Part shown: positions 30,905-38,760 of the stretch, in pieces
Layout: each line of letters opens with the position of its first letter
Position numbering within the stretch: the first letter of the stretch is position 1
Assembly: GCA_963812195.1 (NCBI GenBank)
Contig: CAWEUI010000008.1
Coordinates: 70,622 to 134,621 of the forward strand
Origin: an uncultured Gammaproteobacteria bacterium
Lineage (GTDB): Bacteria; Pseudomonadota; Gammaproteobacteria; Steroidobacterales; Steroidobacteraceae
Reading direction: 5' to 3'
DNA: 64,000 nucleotides
Notes under the pieces: model-generated
The model's input: only the letters and a program-made list of their open reading frames with translations
Told to the model about the DNA's origin: nothing
Database searches by the model: none
Made by a program: the position numbers and the translations under genes

Positions 30905-33352
30905 ATGCGCAACTACTTCGTCGTGCTGTTCCGCAACCTGCGCCGCGAGCGACTGTATGCCGCGATCAACATCGCCGGCCTTTCCCTCGGCATTGCCTGC
31001 TGCCTGATCCTCGGCCTGTTCCTGAAGAGCGAACTGACCTACGACCAGCACTTCGAGGGCTATCAGAACATCTACCGTGTCGTGAACGAGTTCACCACGA
31101 ACGGCGCCAATGACAAGTTCGCGGTGACCTCCCCTGCGCTGGGACCGATGATGGCCGATGAGTATCCGGCCGCCATCAAGGCCTACGTTCGCTTCCGGAG
31201 CAATACCGGTCAAGGCGGCGGCATAGCCATACGCCACGGTGACAAGCTCTTCTTCTGGAAGAACAGCTACTTCGTCGATCCCAACGTGTTCGAAGTTCTG
31301 AAGCACAAGATCATCCATGGCGATCCGAAAACCGCATTGCAGAACGGAGGAAGCGTTGCCATCAGCGAAGCAGTAGCCAGGAAGTATTTCGGCAACGAGG
31401 ACCCCATCGGCCAGACTCTGACGACGGACTCGGGTGACACCAACAAGATCACGCTGGTGTTCGCCGACCTGCCTGCCAACACTCACCTGAAATACGACCT
31501 GCTGTTCTCCAACAACCTGCCGTATCTGAGGACTTCGGACGATCCCGGCATCCGCCGTCGACAGCTCACGGGCATCGGCATCTATACCTACCTGCAGATG
31601 GCCCCGTCGTTCCAACCCACCGACTGGAAGCGGATGAATGACGAGTTCGTGGCCAAGTACATGGCGGACACGCTGCAGTCCTTCCACGGAACGTTCCGCA
31701 GCTGGCTGCAGCCGCTGAGCGAGGTGCATCTGCAGACGGAAGTGCGCGATGACCTTCCCACAGGCAACCGCCTGTACCTGTACGGCTGCGCGGCGGTGGC
31801 ATTGATCATCCTGATCATCGCCTGCATCAACTACATGAACCTGGCCACGGCTCGCGCCACCCGCCGTGCGCGCTCCATCGGCATCCGCAAGATCCTCGGC
31901 GCCAGCCGCGGCATGCTGGCAGTGCAGTTCCTCGGCGAGGCCGTGATGTTCGCGCTGATCGCACTGGTACTTGGCGCGGCAGTCGTCGAGGTGGTACTGA
32001 AATTCACGCCTATCAACGCGCTGATGGGCCAGCAGGTCAGTTTCGATCTGCTGCACCAACCCCAGCTCGCGCTGTGGCTGCTGGGCCTGACGGTTGCGAT
32101 GGGCCTGGTCGCCGGCGCCTATCCGGCCTTCTACCTGTCCTCCTGGGCACCGCTGACCGCGCTGACGGGAAAGCACCTGGCGGGCAAGGGCAACCTGCGC
32201 ATGCGTGAGGCGCTGGTGCTGCTGCAGTTCACCATTTCGGCGGCGGCCATCGCCAGTACCCTGCTGATGATGGCGCAGATGCACTACATCGCCAACAAGC
32301 CGCTGGGCTTCCAGAAGCACAACCGGATGGTGGTCACCATGCGCGGGGCTTCGACCATCGACAAGGCCGACTCGATCCGCAACGAGCTGCTGCGCGACAG
32401 CCACATCCATGGCGTCGCCATCGCCGGCGTGCTGCCCGGACAGGGAATGCCTGTCAACGTCTCGCAGATCGAGAACCAGGACGGCAGCACGGTGCCTTCG
32501 CAGTTCATCAATTTCCCGATTGGCGAGGATTTCGAAAAGGTGCTGGGTCTGAAGATCGTACAGGGCCGCGACCTGTCCTCACACCTGCTGACCGACGTGG
32601 GATCGAACATGCTGGTCAATCAGGCCCTGGTGAAGAAGATGGGCTGGACCGACCCGATTGGCAAGCACATCCTGGTTCGCGGCGAGAGCGGCCGCGTGGT
32701 CGGCGTCGTGCAGGACTTCAACTTCAAGTCGCTGCACTCGAAGATCGAACCGGCGATCATGTATCGACTGAGCATGGACCTGTCGCGAGTGCCCGAGCTG
32801 CAGAAGCCTTTCGTTCAGTTCTATCTCGTGCTGGACGTCGCGCCGGACGGCATGGGCAAGACCCTGTCCTACGTGCAGAAGGTAATGGCCGGTGCCGATC
32901 CGCGCCATCCGCTGGAGTACACCTTTCTCGACGCCGACCTGGATGCGCTGTACAAGTCCGAGACCGAGCTGACGCGGCTGATCGCCATCTTCTCCGCCGT
33001 CAGCATCTTCATCGCCTGCCTGGGACTGTTCGGGCTGGCCGCCTTCACCACCGAGCAGCGCACCCGCGAGATCGGCACGCGCAAGGTGCTGGGCGCCACC
33101 AGCTGGCAAATCGTGCGGCTGCTGGCCAGGCCCATCATGGTGCTGGTGCTCATCGCCTCGGTGCTGGCGGCCGTGGCATCGTACTTCGCCATCGACGAAT
33201 GGCTGACCAGCTTCGCCTACAAGGCGGGTATCAACCCGTTGTATTTCCTGCTGGCACTGGCCGTTGCCGCCATCGTGGCTTTCGTCACCGTGGCACTGCA
33301 GTCCTGGAAGACCGCCAGTGCCGATCCCGTGAACGCTTTGCGACAAGATTAG
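30905..33352 (+). CDS. large ABC transporter permease with two FtsX/MacB-type modules (815 aa), paralogue 2
   Basis: ATG follows AGGAGG. By eye it is about 85 percent identical in amino acids to paralogue 1. The TM blocks are almost identical and the extracytoplasmic domains diverge. Confidence 0.9.
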   Translation: MRNYFVVLFRNLRRERLYAAINIAGLSLGIACCLILGLFLKSELTYDQHFEGYQNIYRVVNEFTTNGANDKFAVTSPALGPMMADEYPAAIKAYVRFRSNTGQGGGIAIRHGDKLFFWKNSYFVDPNVFEVLKHKIIHGDPKTALQNGGSVAISEAVARKYFGNEDPIGQTLTTDSGDTNKITLVFADLPANTHLKYDLLFSNNLPYLRTSDDPGIRRRQLTGIGIYTYLQMAPSFQPTDWKRMNDEFVAKYMADTLQSFHGTFRSWLQPLSEVHLQTEVRDDLPTGNRLYLYGCAAVALIILIIACINYMNLATARATRRARSIGIRKILGASRGMLAVQFLGEAVMFALIALVLGAAVVEVVLKFTPINALMGQQVSFDLLHQPQLALWLLGLTVAMGLVAGAYPAFYLSSWAPLTALTGKHLAGKGNLRMREALVLLQFTISAAAIASTLLMMAQMHYIANKPLGFQKHNRMVVTMRGASTIDKADSIRNELLRDSHIHGVAIAGVLPGQGMPVNVSQIENQDGSTVPSQFINFPIGEDFEKVLGLKIVQGRDLSSHLLTDVGSNMLVNQALVKKMGWTDPIGKHILVRGESGRVVGVVQDFNFKSLHSKIEPAIMYRLSMDLSRVPELQKPFVQFYLVLDVAPDGMGKTLSYVQKVMAGADPRHPLEYTFLDADLDALYKSETELTRLIAIFSAVSIFIACLGLFGLAAFTTEQRTREIGTRKVLGATSWQIVRLLARPIMVLVLIASVLAAVASYFAIDEWLTSFAYKAGINPLYFLLALAVAAIVAFVTVALQSWKTASADPVNALRQD

Positions 33353-33360
33353 GAGAACCC

Positions 33361-34449
33361 ATGAACAAGATGTTCGAAAGGAAGACATGGACAGCCCTGC
33401 TGTGCGCCACTGTGGCGTTGGTCATGCTGGTGGCGGTGCAACCAGCAGCACACGCCGCGCAATCTTCGGAGTTGACCGGCACATGGCAGGGCAATCTGGC
33501 GGTGGACCCCAAGACCACGCTTGCCATCCAGTTCACCTTCGCCAAGGACGCCAAGGGCGCCTATACGGCTGTGCTGAACTCACCGGACAACCCCGCCATC
33601 AAGAACGTGGCGGCCACCGGGGTGAGCTGGGACGGCAGTTCACTGAAATTGCAGGTGCCTTCCCTGAGCGGCTCTTACGCCGGGTCCATGAAGGACGGCA
33701 AGCTCAGCGGCCAATGGACGCAGCCGGGCGGCGCCTTGCCGCTGGTACTGGCGCCGTACCAGAAGCCCGTGCTGAGCAAGCAGGCCATTGCGCAACTGAC
33801 CGGCGGATGGACCGGTTCGATGTCGGTCGGCGGCAACAACATCAACGTGCAGTTCAACTTCAAGGCCGATGGCAAGGGCGGAGTTCAAGGTACCTTCGCC
33901 ATTCCCGACCAGGGACTGGTGGACTCGCCAGTGGAGAGTATCGAGTTCGCGGATGGCGAGTTGTCGGCGCGCGTGCCGCGCATCAATGCCCGCTACAAGG
34001 GCAAGCTGGCCAACAACCAGTTCAGCGGCAAGCTGCAGATTGCCAGCCCGGCAGTGCCCGCGGAGGGAGTGGACCTGGCTTTGAAACGCGGTGACTACGC
34101 ACCGCCAGTCCATCCGCTGAAGCTCAGCTCGGCCGACTTTGCCGCGCTGAACGGCAAGTGGCAGGGCAAGCTGGAGATCAATGCACCCACCGGACAGCAT
34201 GTTTCGCTGACCATCGTGATGCGCTTCGCCACCAATGCCAACGCCCAGTTCGTCGGGTTCCTCGACAGCCCCGACCAGAAGGCCAAGGACATACCCATCA
34301 CCGAGGCCGCCATTACCGATGGCAATCTGAGCATCAAGGTCGCGGCTGTGCGCGGCGAGTTCCAGGGCAAGGTCTCCGGCAACACGATGACCGGCACCTG
34401 GACGCAGCTCACCAACTCCAATCCGCTCACGCTGACGAGACAGCAGTAG
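33361..34449 (+). CDS. secreted protein built from three roughly 100-aa repeats, family unknown
   Basis: ATG follows AGGAG. The signal peptide is MNKMFERKTWTALLCATVALVMLVAVQPAAHA. Each repeat starts L(T/N)G.W.G.(L/M) and ends G.(W/L).Q....PL.L.. Confidence 0.8.
   Translation: MNKMFERKTWTALLCATVALVMLVAVQPAAHAAQSSELTGTWQGNLAVDPKTTLAIQFTFAKDAKGAYTAVLNSPDNPAIKNVAATGVSWDGSSLKLQVPSLSGSYAGSMKDGKLSGQWTQPGGALPLVLAPYQKPVLSKQAIAQLTGGWTGSMSVGGNNINVQFNFKADGKGGVQGTFAIPDQGLVDSPVESIEFADGELSARVPRINARYKGKLANNQFSGKLQIASPAVPAEGVDLALKRGDYAPPVHPLKLSSADFAALNGKWQGKLEINAPTGQHVSLTIVMRFATNANAQFVGFLDSPDQKAKDIPITEAAITDGNLSIKVAAVRGEFQGKVSGNTMTGTWTQLTNSNPLTLTRQQ
33463..34440 (+). repeat. three in-frame protein-level repeats (about 33463-33759, 33775-34089, 34126-34440)
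   Basis: Repeat 1: ELTGTWQGNL...LAIQFTF...LNSPDNPA...LKLQVPSLSGSYAGSM...LSGQWTQPGGALPLVL. Repeat 2: QLTGGWTGSM...INVQFNF...FAIPDQGL...LSARVPRINARYKGKL...FSGKLQ...VDLALKR. Repeat 3: ALNGKWQGKL...LTIVMRF...LDSPDQKA...LSIKVAAVRGEFQGKV...MTGTWTQLTNSNPLTLTR. Confidence 0.8.
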
Positions 34450-34471
34450 CGGCCAGTTGGCGGGGCATTCC

Positions 34472-34888
34472 ATGACCGTGGTCGCATTCGAACGCAAGGA
34501 GCTGTATTTCCTGAACGTTCAGGAGCGCAGCGGCCGAAGCTGGGACGAGTTCCGCCGCCTGGGCTACCTGTCCAGCGTGGGGTGCAAGCGCGCGCTGGAT
34601 GCGATGGCCGGGCTCGCACCCGGCGATCGCATTGCCGCCTACCTGCCACGTCGCGGCTACGTCGGCATCGGCGTGGTGCTGGCGCGCGTCGGACCGGCCA
34701 GCGCCAGGAACGGCGAATACGTGGTGCCGGTGCGCTGGCTTCGCACCCTGGACCGGCGGGAAGCCAAGTGGCAGGCGCACCGAGGACTGTTTGCGGCCCC
34801 TCAGGTCAAGGCCTCGCTGTCACGCCATCCGCAGACCGTCCGCTTCCTGCAGGAAGCGTTCGGGATGGCGCTGCACCGAAGCACCTAG
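34472..34888 (+). CDS. hypothetical cytoplasmic protein, possibly PUA/EVE-like fold
   Basis: A 138-aa protein from ATG 34472, 22 nt after the repeat-protein gene. GC3-rich codon usage supports coding. GDRIAAYLPRRGYVGIGVV followed by EYVVPVRWL loosely resembles EVE/PUA-like domains. I am not confident of any family assignment. Confidence 0.5.
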   Translation: MTVVAFERKELYFLNVQERSGRSWDEFRRLGYLSSVGCKRALDAMAGLAPGDRIAAYLPRRGYVGIGVVLARVGPASARNGEYVVPVRWLRTLDRREAKWQAHRGLFAAPQVKASLSRHPQTVRFLQEAFGMALHRST

Positions 34889-35619
34889 GTGGGATCGGGC
34901 GGCAACCTGTCCGCCAGCGCCCGCTCCAGTTCGCGGGTACTGGCGAATCCGCGCAGTTGCTCGCTTTCCCAGCGGTGCACCAGCCTGCCCGAATCCATCA
35001 ACACCATGGCGTCGCAATAGTCCTTCACCACGTCCAGCGCGTGGGTGGCCAGCAGGATGGACAAGCCCTGTTCCGACACCAGCCCGCGCAGGTGTTCCTT
35101 CAATGTGAGGGCGCTGCGCGCATCCAGCCCGTTGAAGACCTCGTCAAGCAGCAGCAGTGACGGACCGGTGAGCAATGCCAGCACCACCGCCAGCTTCTGG
35201 CGCGTGCCCAGCGAGAGGTGCCGCACGAGTTCGTGCTCGTAAGGCACCAGCCCCAGCGCGCGCCACAGTGCCAGGCTGTGTTCCGGGATCGCGCCGATGC
35301 CATGCGCCTGCGCGAGGATGGACAGGCTCTGCCGCGCGGTGAGAAATGGCGGCAGGTCCTCCGGCGCCGAGGCGTGTGCGGGCAGACTTCCCACCCACCT
35401 GTCCAGTGGATAAAGCGGCCTGCCGTCGAGTCGCACCACGCCACGCGACGGCCGCAGATTCCCCGCCGCTGCCCGCAGCAGTGTCGTCTTGCCGCTGGCA
35501 TTCGGACCCACCAGCGCGAGCCACTGCCCGCGACCGATGGCCAGGTGCGTGTCACGCACGACTGCCTTGCGCTGGTAGGCCAGATCGACGCCGTCGAATT
35601 CGAGCACAGGACCGCTCAC
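34885..35619 (-). CDS. ABC transporter ATP-binding protein (ABC-2/CcmA-like)
   Basis: ORF 34885-36039 trimmed to GTG 35619, which overlaps the upstream stop (GTGA). Walker A is GPNASGKTT, signature LSLGTRQKLAV, Walker B LLLLDEVFNGLD, H-loop LATHAL. Confidence 0.85.
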   Translation of the reverse strand: MSGPVLEFDGVDLAYQRKAVVRDTHLAIGRGQWLALVGPNASGKTTLLRAAAGNLRPSRGVVRLDGRPLYPLDRWVGSLPAHASAPEDLPPFLTARQSLSILAQAHGIGAIPEHSLALWRALGLVPYEHELVRHLSLGTRQKLAVVLALLTGPSLLLLDEVFNGLDARSALTLKEHLRGLVSEQGLSILLATHALDVVKDYCDAMVLMDSGRLVHRWESEQLRGFASTRELERALADRLPPDPT

Positions 35620-36503
35620 GGCGCTGCCGCCGGCGGACGGGGGGCACTGACCCGCCAACCAAGCCACAGCACGATACCGCCAAGCACCGCGGCACCCAGT
35701 ACGTAGCGCCACACGAACCAGTTCAGACGCGTCCGTGACATTCGCATGCGGGGCATCCAGCGGCGCAACACGGCTGTCGTGTGGCTGGCCTGACGCATCC
35801 AGTTGAAGACAAACAGCGACCCAATCCAGCCGACCAGCGCACGCAGCACTTCCTGCGCATCCGTTCCCATGGTCGCCGCCAGCAGCACGGGTATGGCCAG
35901 CGCGGCGAGGCGCCGCAGATGCAGGTGCAGCCGTGCCTCGCGCAGCGGCACCAGTGACAATGCCGCCAGTCCGCTCGCCGCGGCGGTTCGCACCTGCGGC
36001 CGTGCGGGCGCGGCCGCGTTGCGGCCCAGCAGCACCCACGCGAACAAGGCGCCACCCAGCACCGCAAAGCCATCGATGAGGAGCAGCTCTTCGAGTTCCG
36101 CGGACCCGGCACGGCTACCCATCCACAGTAGCAGTGCCGCCAGCGCCAGACCCAGCGCCCAGCGCACGGCATGCAGCACACGCAGCACGAACAGCGCCTT
36201 GCCGGCCATACCGCGCCGGGCCACCGGCGCGATCCAGTCTTCGGTGTCGGTACGTGTGGCAAGCGCGACCACCGCGACACCGACCTGCGCAGCCAATGCC
36301 AGCGCCAGTGGCATGTCGATGCTGAGCAACCACTCGAAGGCGCTGGATGAATGCTGCTGGCCACCAGACAACACCGCCACCGGAACCACTACTGCCGGCA
36401 GCACCCACAGGGCGAGGCGCAACGTGCCGCGCACCGGCCGTACGCGCCAGGTGTTGATCCAGGTCCAGTACTCCAGCCGCAGCCACCACCACCCCGTTTG
36501 CAT
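35616..36503 (-). CDS. polytopic membrane protein of unknown family, probable partner of the ABC ATPase
   Basis: A 295-aa protein with about six hydrophobic helices and a Trp-rich N-terminus, MQTGWWWLRLEYWTWINTW. It is translationally coupled to the ATPase. I recognise no motif. Confidence 0.65.
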   Translation of the reverse strand: MQTGWWWLRLEYWTWINTWRVRPVRGTLRLALWVLPAVVVPVAVLSGGQQHSSSAFEWLLSIDMPLALALAAQVGVAVVALATRTDTEDWIAPVARRGMAGKALFVLRVLHAVRWALGLALAALLLWMGSRAGSAELEELLLIDGFAVLGGALFAWVLLGRNAAAPARPQVRTAAASGLAALSLVPLREARLHLHLRRLAALAIPVLLAATMGTDAQEVLRALVGWIGSLFVFNWMRQASHTTAVLRRWMPRMRMSRTRLNWFVWRYVLGAAVLGGIVLWLGWRVSAPRPPAAAP

Positions 36504-36527
36504 AGGCTGCCGGCGGCTCAGGCGGGC

Positions 36528-37010
36528 TCAACCGCCGTAACGTCGCCGTGGCTGCGTCAGGCCGTCCACTCCGGCCTGGTATGCAACGCTGAAACGTTCG
36601 AGCTGGGCGATTGCGACCTGGGGATCCTCGCCGTCCAGCAGTGCGAAGGCATCGAAGCCGCAGCGGGCAAGAAACCAGACCTGATCGACGCGAATCGCGC
36701 CAACCGCCCGCAGCTCGCCGCGATAACCATGGCGCTCGCGCAGCAGGCTGGCCTGCGTGAAGCCGCGACCATCGCCGGTGACCGGAAAATTCACCGCGAT
36801 CAGCGGCAATGCCGACAGGTGAGGCACCAGCGGGCCAAGATCCAGATCCGCCGGCTCCAGCTGCACCGCGCGATCCGGCACCGGCCCGTCGGCCACGGCC
36901 TGCAGGTACTGCTTCAGCGGCAGGATCAGCTTGCCGCCCGGTGCCGCAGCATCGTCACCGGACACCCACTCGCTGGTCGCGAGCGCGCGATCCCTAATCA
37001 GCTGTGGCAT
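36528..37010 (-). CDS. DUF934-family protein (sulfite-reductase-associated)
   Basis: A 160-aa protein from ATG 37010 (MPQLIRDRALATSEWV...IAVNFPVTGDGRGFTQASLLRERHGYRGELRAVG). It overlaps the cysI stop, the usual cysI-DUF934 pairing. Confidence 0.85.
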   Translation of the reverse strand: MPQLIRDRALATSEWVSGDDAAAPGGKLILPLKQYLQAVADGPVPDRAVQLEPADLDLGPLVPHLSALPLIAVNFPVTGDGRGFTQASLLRERHGYRGELRAVGAIRVDQVWFLARCGFDAFALLDGEDPQVAIAQLERFSVAYQAGVDGLTQPRRRYGG

Positions 37011-38646
37011 AGACGCGCTCGCCGAAGGGCTCGACACCGATGCGGCGCACGGTTTGCAGAAATTCCTCGCCGTCCTCGCGCCGCTCCAGGTACACATCCA
37101 GGATGCGCGCGATGGTGTCGGCCACCGTGTCCCTGGCCACGGACGGCCCGATGACCTTGCCCAGCGAACTCACCCCGCTCGCCGATCCGCCGAGCGTGAT
37201 CTGGTACCACTCCTCGCCGTGCTTGTCGACGCCGAGGATGCCGATGTGTCCGACATGGTGATGCCCGCAGGCATTCATGCAACCCGACATCTTGATCTCG
37301 ATGTGGCCCAGGTCGTACAGGTAGTCCAGGTCGCTGAAGCGATCGTTGATCTGTTTGGCGATGCCGATGGACCCGGCATTGGCCAGCGAACAGAAATCCA
37401 GCCCCGGACAGCAGATCATGTCGTTGAGCGTGCCGATGTTGGGAGTGGCCAGGTTCAGCGCCTTGAGCGCGTTCCAGGTCTCGATCAGATCGATCTGCCT
37501 TACCTCTCCCAGCACCAGGTTCTGGTCGTGCGTGGTGCGCACCTCGCCACTGGAGACGCGATCGGCAAGATCGGCCAACGCATCCATCTGCGCAGCGGTG
37601 ACGTCGCCGGGCGGCACGCCGGGAGCCTTCAGAGAAACGATCACGGCACGGTAGCCGGGCACCTTGTGCGGCCGGGTGTTGTAGCGATACCAGGCCTGGA
37701 AGTCGGCGCCCTGCCCCGCGGTCACGTTGATGTTCTCGAGCTTCTCGTACGGCGGCGGGCGGAAGAAGCCGCGCATGCGCTCGACCTCCGCAGCATCCAG
37801 CCGCAGGTCCGGCTCGGCCGCGCGGATCAATTCCCACTCGGCCTCCACTTCCTCGCGGAATGCATCGATTCCCTTCGCCTTGACCAGGATCTTGATGCGC
37901 GCCTTGTGGATGTTGTCCCGGCGGCCCTCCTGGTTGTAGATGCGCAGGATGGCCGACAGGTACGACAGCAGGTGCTCGCGCGGCAGGAAGTCGCGGATCA
38001 CCTTGCCGATGATGGGTGTGCGGCCCAGGCCGCCACCGACCAGCACCTCGAAGCCCAGCCCGCCATCCGGGCCCCGCCTCATGTGCAGGCCGATATCGTG
38101 CACCTCGGATGCGGCACGATCGGCCGGCGAGCCGGTCACCGCGATCTTGAACTTGCGCGGCAGATAGCTGAATTCCGGGTGCAGCGTAGACCACTGGCGG
38201 ATGATTTCGCAGTACGGCCGCGGGTCCTCCAGTTCGTCCGGCGCTATGCCGGCGAAATGATCTGCGGTGACGTTGCGGATGCAGTTGCCGCTGGTCTGGA
38301 TGGCATGCATCTCCACCGATGCGAGTTCGGCCAGCATGTCCGGCACGTCCTCGAGCTTCGGCCAGTTGAACTGCAGGTTCTGCCGTGTGGTGAAATGGCC
38401 GTAGTCGCGGTCGTACTTGCGCGCCAGGTGCGCCAGCATCCGCAGCTGCCGCGTGGACAGCAGGCCGTAGGGAATGGCGATGCGCAGCATCGGCGCATGG
38501 CGCTGAATGTAAAGGCCGTTGCGCAGGCGCAGCGGCTTGAATTCCTCGTCGGGAAGCTTTCCCTCGAGGAATCGGCGGGTCTGGTCGCGGAACTGCGCCA
38601 CCCGCTCGGCCACCAGCGTGGTGTCGATTTCATCGTAACGATACAT
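36994..38646 (-). CDS. cysI: assimilatory sulfite reductase hemoprotein (nitrite/sulfite reductase family)
   Basis: From ATG 38646 the product reads MYRYDEIDTTLVAERVAQFRDQTRRFLEGKLPDEEFKPLRLRNGLYIQRHAPMLRIAIPYG. The siroheme/4Fe-4S Cys cluster is CPGLDFCSLA...MSGCMNACGHH. Confidence 0.92.
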   Translation of the reverse strand: MYRYDEIDTTLVAERVAQFRDQTRRFLEGKLPDEEFKPLRLRNGLYIQRHAPMLRIAIPYGLLSTRQLRMLAHLARKYDRDYGHFTTRQNLQFNWPKLEDVPDMLAELASVEMHAIQTSGNCIRNVTADHFAGIAPDELEDPRPYCEIIRQWSTLHPEFSYLPRKFKIAVTGSPADRAASEVHDIGLHMRRGPDGGLGFEVLVGGGLGRTPIIGKVIRDFLPREHLLSYLSAILRIYNQEGRRDNIHKARIKILVKAKGIDAFREEVEAEWELIRAAEPDLRLDAAEVERMRGFFRPPPYEKLENINVTAGQGADFQAWYRYNTRPHKVPGYRAVIVSLKAPGVPPGDVTAAQMDALADLADRVSSGEVRTTHDQNLVLGEVRQIDLIETWNALKALNLATPNIGTLNDMICCPGLDFCSLANAGSIGIAKQINDRFSDLDYLYDLGHIEIKMSGCMNACGHHHVGHIGILGVDKHGEEWYQITLGGSASGVSSLGKVIGPSVARDTVADTIARILDVYLERREDGEEFLQTVRRIGVEPFGERVYATAD

Positions 38647-38709
38647 GGCCGGCACTTTACCAGCCGGCCGGCTGACCGGCCCTGCAGGCCCATTATTTCC
38701 ACCTGCGGC

Positions 38710-38723
38710 GTGGTTATAACCAC
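38710..38723. promoter_or_regulatory. perfect 14-bp palindrome GTGGTTATAACCAC upstream of cysI (operator or part of promoter)
   Basis: It lies 64-77 nt upstream of the cysI ATG, in the 114-bp cysI-ppc spacer. On the cysI strand, TTATAA-17 nt-ATAATG could serve as -35/-10 elements. It could alternatively be the stem of a ppc terminator. Confidence 0.3.
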
Positions 38724-38760
38724 CCGCGGGACGCCGTGTGGAGGCGTCGTGGGAGGTGGC

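Larger units (their letters stand above)
28448..33352 (+). repeat. tandem gene duplication, unit about 2457-2460 bp (the two permease genes)
   Basis: Direct comparison of 29701-29820 with 32161-32280 shows 2 differences in 120 nt. Segments such as 28620-28740 versus 31080-31200 differ at many positions. Confidence 0.9.

Noticed and set aside
26507-32410. Minus-strand ORFs 26507-27748, 28379-29599 and 30899-32410 (about 400-500 aa each)
   Set aside because: They are antisense to the HlyD and permease genes. The latter two are nearly identical to each other only because they mirror the duplicated permease genes.
28448-33352. The 2.46-kb direct repeat, considered as a mobile element, CRISPR-like array or assembly duplication artefact
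   Set aside because: The repeat unit is exactly one permease gene with intact coupled starts and stops. The copies differ by many non-synonymous changes in their periplasmic domains. No terminal inverted repeats or transposase are present.
35620-36039. Long N-terminal extensions offered by the ORF track. Examples are the ABC ATPase to 36039, the HlyD adaptor from 26054, the HzsA-like gene from 60704, the LamG gene to 59785 and the YceI gene to 4417.
   Set aside because: The extensions overlap well-supported neighbouring genes or intergenic regions, and they are Arg/Ala-rich. Internal starts are followed immediately by signal peptides or conserved N-termini, and they give coupled spacing.
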